Assembly: GCF_006345805.1 (NCBI RefSeq)
Contig: NW_021825407.1
Location: forward strand, 1 to 15,867
Origin: Octopus sinensis
Lineage: Eukaryota
DNA: 15,867 bases
Direction: 5' to 3'
This document shows positions 8,645-15,867 of this stretch, piece by piece. Made by a program: the position numbers and the translations under genes. The notes beneath the pieces were generated by a model. The model saw nothing but the letters and a program-made list of their open reading frames with translations. It was not told the origin of the DNA and did not search any database. The stretch's first letter is position 1, and each line of letters opens with the position of its first letter.

Positions 8645-8945
8645 GGAGGCACATGGCCTAGTGGTTAGAGTAGCGGACTCGCGGTCGAGGGATCGCAGGT
8701 TGGAATCTCAGATCAGGCAATGTGTGTGTTTATGAGCGAAAACACCTAAGCTCCACGCGGCTCTGGCTGAAAGTAATGGCGAACTTCTACTGACTCTTTC
8801 GCCACAATTTTCTCTCACTCTTTCCTCCTGCATCTTGCAGCTCACCTGCGACGGACCGGCGTCCCGTCCAGGTGGGGAACCTATACGCCAAGGAAACCGG
8901 GAAACCGGCCCTTATGAACCAGGCATGGTTCGAGAAGGAACAAAC
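8645..8945 (+). mobile_element. tRNA(Arg)-like SINE, family C second subtype, full length
   Basis: A/B-box-like head (TGGCCTAGTGG ... GGTTGGAATC). Upstream TSD half ATATTTTAGCCTCA at 8630-8643. Confidence 0.9.
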
Positions 8946-9224
8946 ATATTTTGTGAATTTAAACCCGTTTCTCAGGCCACTCTTATTTTTTTTTCTTTCA
9001 CTGTTGAGAATGAGAATAGAACTACGAGCTTCAACTCTTAAGGACTCATCAACATTTTTCACATTTACTTTTATAAGTTGCTGAACGTCAGTAGCGGAAG
9101 AATATTTATTAAGATACAAACATGACTGTGTCAGCCGTAATTCTTCTATATATATGATGCTAGGTTGGCAAACCGACATTAATAACTACGGCACCATTAC
9201 GACATTACGATGTGGGCTATATAT

Positions 9225-9403
9225 ACTCTTTTACTCTTTACTCTCTTACTTGTTTCAGTCATTTGACTGCAGCCATGCTGGAGCACCGCCTTTAGTCGAG
9301 CGAATCGACTCCAGGACTTATTCTTATTCTTTTGCCGAACCGCTAAGTTACGGGAACGTAAACACACCAGCATCGGTTGTCAAGCGATGTTGGGGGACAA
9401 ACA

Positions 9404-9482
<79 letters not shown>

Positions 9483-9642
9483 CAGGATTCTTTCAGTTTC
9501 CGTCTACCAAATCCCCTAACAAGGCTTTGGTCAGCCCGAGGCTATAGTAGAAGACACTTGCCCAAGGTGCTACGCAGTGGTACTGAACCCGGAACCATGT
9601 GGTTGGTAAGCAAGCTACTTACCACACCGTCACTCCTACGCC
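9225..9642 (-). mobile_element. tRNA-derived SINE, family B, full length with internal (CA)n and (CTTTTA)-type tail
   Basis: Aligns with 12836-13215 and, in reverse, with 10963-11240. Internal (CA)n at 9410-9480. About 30 bp are missing between acttattct repeats relative to the 12836 copy. Confidence 0.92.
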
Positions 9643-9953
9643 TACATTTATTGCTTACCTACGCTGTATTCTCTCTCTCTCTCTCTGCCTCTGTCTCTCT
9701 CCCCACCACATACTGATACCGATGTTTCCCAACCTCACATAAAATAGTGCAGCTGTGTATGCAGGTACGTGCATACACGTGCACACAGGCACCAGTGTAT
9801 GTGTATCTTGTATTATCTGAAAGTAAATATCTGCTCAGAATCACAAGCAGTTCATTGATAAGGAGAGGTACCCAAGTCGCCACAATTCCAGGGCATGGGC
9901 GAGTGAAGGAGATATTTACGTTATATCCACGTGTCTTCTCAAAAGAAAAATCC

Positions 9954-10026
9954 CCCAAAGGTATTCCAAATACTGGCTTCTCATTTTTATACAAATTATT
10001 GATTTTTGCTCCGAGGAACAGATGTT
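9954..10026 (-). repeat. Dispersed repeat fragment, related to 12543-12614 (+); family unknown
   Basis: AACATCTGTTCCTC(G/A)GAGCAAAAATC...AAAAATGAGAA is shared in opposite orientations, roughly 75-80% identical by eye. Confidence 0.7.
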
Positions 10027-10345
10027 TTAGACTACTAAATCAATCATAGCATATTATATTGATACTTCCTTTTATCGACTTTAAAATTGGAAGATTAAAA
10101 TTATTCACAGACACTATCCAGATGAAAAAACAATAAGACTGTCTTAACGTATTTAATGCGCATGACGTTGAAAAAAAAATGCTAACCACAAATAAATATG
10201 CAGATTAATTCAAAGACTTATATCACGGGGGAACAAAGAGAAATTTTTTCGTGTTCCTAGAATGTAAAAAGAAAGAAAAAAGTACTTGATTTTATAGAAT
10301 TTATATTCTGAATCTAAATAAGTTTCTGATATTTTTCTATCAAAA

Positions 10346-10742
10346 GGCGGCGAGCTGGCAGAATCATTAGCACGCCGGGTGAAATGCTTAGCGGTGTTTC
10401 GTCTGCCGCTACGTTCTGAGTTCAAATTCCACCGAGGTCGACTTTACCTTTTATCCTTTCGGGGTCGATTAAAGAAATACCAGTTAAGCACTGGGGCCGA
10501 TATAATCGACTTAATCCCTTTGTCTGTCCTTGTTTGTCCTCTCTGTGTTTAGCCCCTTGTGGGTAGTAAAGAAATAGGTGTTTCGTCTGCCATTACGTTC
10601 TGAGTTCAAATTTCGCCGAGGTCGATTTTGTCTTTCATCCTTTCGGGGTCTATAAAATCACTATCAGTTGAACACTGGAATCAATATAATCGACTTTCCT
10701 TTCCTTGAAATTGCTGGCTTTGTGCCAAAATTTGAAACTAAT
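10346..10742 (+). mobile_element. SINE family A composite: one head and two bodies
   Basis: GGTGTTTCGTCTGCC is repeated at 10393-10407 and 10577-10591. The first body has the young long tail, the second the old short tail. Confidence 0.9.
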
Positions 10743-10805
10743 ATTTCTCGATCAAGTCAGTTTCTTTTTGTAAGGTATGCAATTTAATTTTTAGGTCATC
10801 ATATA

Positions 10806-10966
10806 CGAGGTCTGATCAATAAGTATCCGGACTGTTGCCATAGTAACGAAGCTAAAGCTCGCAGAGTAAAGCCGTTTGGCACAGATTGACCTTGAACTCT
10901 GTTGTGCATGCGTGCTAAGTTTTAACATTCGAGTTCTCTTCCGCTGTTTACAGCTTCGCTTGAAAG
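10806..10966 (+). mobile_element. Mariner 5' end fragment, same family as 1856-2405
   Basis: TA then CGAGGTCTGATCAATAAGTATCCGGA. Aligns to the reverse complement of about 2245-2405. Confidence 0.88.
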
Positions 10967-11240
10967 CCTTGTTAGTGGATTTGGTAGACGGAAACTGAAA
11001 GAAGCCCTTCGTATATTCATATCTATATGTATATATCTATGAGTGTGTCTTTGTGTTTGTGTTTATCCCCACCCCACCACCGCTTGACAACCGGTGTTGG
11101 TGTTTATGTTCCCGTAACGTAGCGATTCGGCAAAAGAAGACCGATAGAATAAATACTAAGCTTTAAAAAAGTACGTCCTGGGGTCGATTTGTTCGACTAA
11201 AACCCTTGACCGCAGTCAAATAACTGAAATAAGTAAAACA
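10963..11240 (+). mobile_element. SINE family B, 5'-truncated
   Basis: gatttggtagacggaaactgaaagaagccc ... cgcttgacaaccg ... gtcaaataactgaaataagtaaaa matches the reverse complement of the 9225 and 12836 copies. Confidence 0.88.
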
Positions 11241-11282
11241 ATTATTAGCATCTCTAATTCAATGGCACCATTTGTTCATAGG

Positions 11283-11682
11283 AAGACAGCAAGGTGGCAG
11301 AATCGTTAGCACGGTGGACGAAATGCTTTTCTTTTTTTCGTCCGGTTTTACGTTCTGAGTTCAAATTCTGCAGAGGTCTACTTTGCCTTTCATACTTTCG
11401 GGGTCGATAAAATAACTATCAGTCAAGTACTGATAAGTGATTTCTTCCTCCCTTTAAAAAAAAAAAAAACTGCCGGCCCCGTGCTAAAATTTGAAACCGT
11501 TATTAAATCATGGAAATTCCAGCTCTTTATGTCCTGTGCTCAAATCTCGCCGTGGTCAGATTTGTTTTTCATTCTTTTGGGGTCGATACACTAAAGTACC
11601 AGTCAAATACTGGGGCCAATTATTGATTTGCCGCCTCTCTTCAAAAAATTGCCAGTCTTGTGCCAAAGTTATAAAGAATTAT
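11283..11682 (+). mobile_element. Two tandem old SINE family A units (11283-11504 with head, 11512-11682 headless)
   Basis: Both contain a ggggtcgata...cagtcaa(g/a)tactg body and a gtgc(t/c)aaa tail. Confidence 0.75.
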
Positions 11683-11887
11683 GAGTCTATGGTAGGTTTT
11701 GAGGCTGTTTAGCCAAATGGCACTGGAGAAAGTAACACATTGTAACATACTATATTAGTAACAGAGGTTATTAGGTGGAGAGAATAACATGACTAAACGT
11801 GGATCAACAAAATTGTCAGTTCGTATCTCTTTCCACGCGGAAACATTCAGTTTTTGCTAATTTAGGTCGTTCAGTTGTATGTAAATA

Positions 11888-12453
11888 TTGGGTTGTCCGG
11901 AAATTTCGTGCCGATTTTTAAAGGAAAGAAAAAGGTCAATAAATACTTGCCATTACATTTTTAATCAAACAAATATGAACCGTTTTGTTGCACAATGCCT
12001 CTCCATCTTTCCTTTAACTTGAAAATACCCTCTTCCCAGAATTGAGGTGGTTTCATGGCAAAGAATTCATCAAGGTATCTTTTTACGTCGTCCAAGAAAT
12101 CGAAATTTTTACCATTAAGACTATTCTGCAGAGACCTGAATAAGTGGAAATCCGAAGGAACAATATCTGGTGAATATGGAGGGTGAGATAACACATCCCA
12201 GCCGAGCTGCAGCAATTTTTATCTGGTTCCGAAAGCATCAAGTGCCGAAAATGGACTTTCTTATCTTCCATTTTAAAGGGTTACAGAATTGACACAGGTT
12301 ATTGGAACATAAACCTTCTTCCACGAAAAGATAGATTTAACTGTGCTCTAAATGCAGGTGTAGTCAAATCCTATTTTATGTACTCAACCATGTTCTAAAA
12401 TAAGTCGAAAGGTAAGCTGCTATAAATCGGCACGAACTTTCCGGACAACCCAA
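11888..12453 (-). mobile_element. Internally deleted non-autonomous mariner (566 bp), third family
   Basis: 30-bp TIRs with 1 mismatch (TTGGGTTGTCCGGAAA(T/G)TTCGTGCCGATTT) and TA on both sides. The N-terminus MEDKKVHFRHLML (ATG 12271) is joined near 12232 to the C-terminus LLQLGWDVLSHPPYSPDIVPSDFHLF...NGSYLFD* (11961). Confidence 0.95.
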
Positions 12454-12835
12454 TAGATGCTCTGAAGTGAGAACGTCTAACTCGCCATTTCTTCGGTTAA
12501 AAGTACAAGGTCAAATGTACTGTAATCGATTACATAGTTTATAACATCTGTTCCTCAGAGCAAAAATCGATAACATGTGAAAAAATGAGAACTAAACATT
12601 TTGAACACTTTGGGTATTTCCCTTGGCTTAAAACTTCAATGGACTGGACAATTTATTGCTCTGTCTAGCACTAGCTGCTCCCTCACGCACATCTATGGTC
12701 TGAATCAGCAGCGAGCTGGACACTTATTTTGTCCAACACTTGCTGCGACCTCGTTCATCCTTGACCTGAAACTGCAGTACAATATAGAACTCGTGTTCTA
12801 ATCTCAACAAAGATGCTTCTTGAAAAAAAAAAATT

Positions 12836-13215
12836 TTTATTACTTGTTTCAGGCATTTGACTGCGGCCATGCTGGAGCACCGCCTTTAGTCGAACAAATC
12901 GAACCCACGACTTATTCTTTGCAAGCCTAGTACTTACTGCATCGGACCCCTTTTGCTGAACTGTTAAGTGACGAGGAGGTAAACACACCAACATCGGTTG
13001 TCAAGCGATGGTGGAGGGATAAACACAGACACACACACACATACACGCAACCCCCCCACATGACGGGTTTCTTTCAGTTTCCGTCTACCAAATCCACTCA
13101 CGAGGCTCGAAACTACAGTAGAAGACACTCGCACAAGGCTCCACGCGGTGAGACTGAACCCGGAACTATGTGGTTGGTAAGCAAGCTTCTTACCACACAG
13201 TCTCTCCAACGCCTA
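12836..13215 (-). mobile_element. SINE family B, full length
   Basis: Aligns with 9225-9642. A head-only scrap is at about 13406-13440 and a degenerate body scrap at about 432-492. Confidence 0.92.
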
Positions 13216-13918
13216 TGTTTAAAACATGTAAATATCGAACCTAGTTTAAATAGTTTATTTCTGGTAAATGCAAGTGAAGCAGTATTTAACTAAAATAGTC
13301 ATCTATGGATCATACTAAATGTATATACACTTTCAATAGGCCAGTTACTGCTGTATTTATATTTGCAACACAATGAAACTAAATCCAAAACGACGTAATT
13401 GTTAAAGCAAGTTTCTTAACCACGCAGCCATGCCTATGCTAGTTTATAGTCTTATGATCGTATATATAAACCTGTTACTGGACAACATTTGAAATATTTC
13501 GCGCCAAATCAGGTGACACGTCATATGACCCCATCTCCCACACGAAACTTTCACATCACTAAATGTCCTCTGTGTTTCATTGTTCGGGCAATGACCCCAC
13601 CCACAACAAACTAGTTTAAAATTTTTGTCAAGATGGTTTGTCGATTTAGTGCTCCAGGCGTCACTTAGTTTTACTGATGCATAGCGTCGGCCCTAACTGT
13701 TACCGACACTCATTATACGCCACGCTAATAGAAATATTAATTATAAGAAATATTAATAATTATAAGAAAATAAACAAAGGGACGTCTTATAAATCTAAAA
13801 CAAGAATGAAACGAAATGAAAATCATGTTGCAACCATCTGGAGGTGTAGGGCATTTCTGAATTTGTACCACATTGGTTTTTGTGAGTGCATCGGAGTTCA
13901 TTCACACGCAATCTCCCC

Positions 13919-14195
<277 letters not shown>

Positions 14196-14198
14196 TGT

Positions 14199-14500
14199 GA
14201 AGGCGCGTGGCCTAGTTGTTAGCGTATCGCACTCACGACTGCAGGATCGTGGCGGTTTCGATTCTTAGAGGGGTGGTGCGTTGTGTCCTTTAAGCAAAAC
14301 GCTTCATTTCACGTTATTCCAGTCAACTCAGCAGCAAATGGGTAACCTTGTGATAGACTGGCTTTCCGGTCAGGGAGACTGGTTGGTCCACTCACCGAGC
14401 CAGCGGAGTGACATCATTCGAAAAGCTATAAAACAATGCGAGGAAGTGCATTGTGACCAGCGATGCATTACAACTTTGATACTGTGATATCATGCTGGAC
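14199..14500 (+). mobile_element. tRNA-derived SINE, family D, diverged
   Basis: Head GGCGCGTGGCCTAGTTGTTAG ... GGTTTCGATTC resembles family C. The central gcgttgtgtcctt...ccagtcaactcagc...gatagactggc region resembles conserved SINE central domains. The 3' boundary is approximate. Confidence 0.7.
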
Positions 14501-14529
14501 CACTGAACTCTATACACATTTTTTTCATT

Positions 14530-14688
14530 TTCTCTCTGTTTATTTCCTCTTATTTCCTTCCTTTCTGTTGAAGGGCGTAGGCTCGAAACGTAAAAGACTT
14601 TTTCATTTTTCCCGAGCGTCAAACTAATACACTTGCTTGTTGTTCATACGCCTATCTTCATTTTTTAACTTTTCGATAAATTTTAACG

Positions 14689-14690
<2 letters not shown>
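14530..14690 (+). mobile_element. Penelope-like terminal fragment with hammerhead-like motif (14561-14596)
   Basis: CUUU / CUGUUGA / A / GGGC-GUAG-GCUC / GAA / ACGU / A / AAAG, followed by (TA)n. Related to 15470-15620. Confidence 0.6.
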
Positions 14691-14728
<38 letters not shown>

Positions 14729-14744
14729 TATATATTATATATAT

Positions 14745-14776
<32 letters not shown>

Positions 14777-14902
14777 CATACAATATGCGTGTGGTGTGTG
14801 TCTGTGTGTGAAAAAATAAAAATCATAATGTGGTTTTGAATGCACAACAATGCATACATACATCATACATAACATACATACATACATACATACATACATA
14901 AT

Positions 14903-14939
<37 letters not shown>

Positions 14940-14970
14940 TACATACATACATATATAATATATATATTAT
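14690..14970. repeat. (TA)n, (TACA)n and (CA)n microsatellites
   Basis: Direct reading. A short non-repetitive spacer lies at about 14785-14850. Confidence 0.9.
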
Positions 14971-15156
14971 AGAGAGAAGGAGGTTTTTCGGACAGTTACA
15001 AACCCTGTGTGTATATATGTCTATAATTATGCGCTTTGACTACAGCATTAGAGCATTATTTCTAGCAACGTTGGTGTTTATAACATTCTAGTTGCATTTA
15101 GTGACAACTGTAGTTTTCCTTTTTGGTAAAACATTGCAAACTGCTGTTTATTTTAA

Positions 15157-15281
15157 TTATCTATCTATCTATCTATCTGCAGTACAATATAGAACTCGTG
15201 GTTCTAAGCTCAACAAAGATGCTTCTTGAAAAAAAAAAATTTTGTTTTTATTACTTGTTTCAGGCATTTGGACTGATCTAC

Positions 15282-15344
<63 letters not shown>

Positions 15345-15373
15345 CTATCTATCTATGTCTATGTCTGTCGGTC

Positions 15374-15445
<72 letters not shown>

Positions 15446-15465
15446 TTATCTATCTGTCTATCTAT
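15157..15465 (+). repeat. (TCTA)n/(TCTG)n microsatellite interrupted by a 99-bp copy of 12772-12863
   Basis: 15177-15275 matches 12772-12863 with 1 substitution and 7 inserted bases. Confidence 0.92.
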
Positions 15466-15469
15466 ATTT

Positions 15470-15620
15470 AATTTCTCTCCTTGTTTCTTTTTGTGTTCTT
15501 TTCCGTGGAAGAGCGTAGGCTCGAAATGTTAAAGCCTTTTCCACTTCTCGAGTGTTATAATAATACATCTGTTAGTTGTCTACACCACCAGTCTTCGTCT
15601 TTTGCTTTTTTTGTGAATTC
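15470..15620 (+). mobile_element. Second Penelope-like terminal fragment with a degenerate hammerhead-like motif (15498-15534)
   Basis: CCGUGGA / A / GAGC-GUAG-GCUC / GAAAUGU / U / AAAG. Similar along its length to 14530-14690 and followed by (CT)n(TA)n. Confidence 0.55.
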
Positions 15621-15653
15621 CCCCCTCCCCCCTCTCTCTCCCTCTCCCTCCCC

Positions 15654-15719
<66 letters not shown>

Positions 15720-15730
15720 TATACATATAC
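15620..15730 (+). repeat. (CT)n then (TA)n microsatellite
   Basis: Direct reading. Confidence 0.95.
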
Positions 15731-15867
15731 GGATTTCTTTTACGTATAGTGACACTAATAACCAGTTGTTAGAACTCAATCTATTTATGCTTTAGAGTAA
15801 AGCGTTAAGAGAGTACAGAGTGTAATACGAATTATTAATTGACCAATGAGTAGGAGTTACGTAATCA

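Noticed and set aside
8787-9179. 130-aa minus-strand ORF with a protein-like middle (SSATDVQQLIKVNVKNVDESLRVEARSS)
   Set aside because: Half lies in a SINE, splice sites are weak and no motif is recognised.
9659-9994. 111-aa minus-strand ORF (…GIVATWVPLL…)
   Set aside because: Its start lies in a dispersed repeat also found at 12543-12614. The only plausible exon in it is phase 0-0 and does not fit the phase-1 chain.
10210-10254. Minus-strand acceptor with a long pyrimidine tract (ttctAG|GAACACG)
   Set aside because: No good donor, all frames close quickly, and such acceptors are common by chance in AT-rich introns.
12687-12765. Strong minus-strand acceptor (tttcAG|G at 12765) and donor (GC|GTGAGG at 12687) around GC-richer unique sequence
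   Set aside because: All three frames contain a stop within the 79 nt. Sec or editing-based readthrough of the TGA has no support. It could be a UTR exon, but sequence alone cannot show that.

Overview
Eukaryotic, AT-rich, repeat-dominated window. The SINE families resemble those I recognise from octopus genomes (inference from memory, not from a search). No complete gene is present. The main genic signal is missed by the ORF track: a minus-strand terminal coding exon (5127-4925) encoding a transmembrane helix and a short tail, plus a weaker upstream 63-nt exon candidate (7307-7245). Most of 5128-15867 is therefore probably intron. The rest contains: four mariner (DD34D-type) remnants from three families, about 15 tRNA-derived SINE copies from four families, piggyBac- and hAT-type MITEs, Penelope-like fragments and many microsatellites. 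Almost all ORFs in the supplied track are repeat or microsatellite translations. The most unusual signals are five minimal hammerhead-ribozyme-like motifs (one with an intact core, two forming an inverted pair), two locally templated insertions (one inverted with two template jumps, one direct into a microsatellite), and a SINE inserted into the homologous position of another SINE. I found no convincing new multi-gene system.
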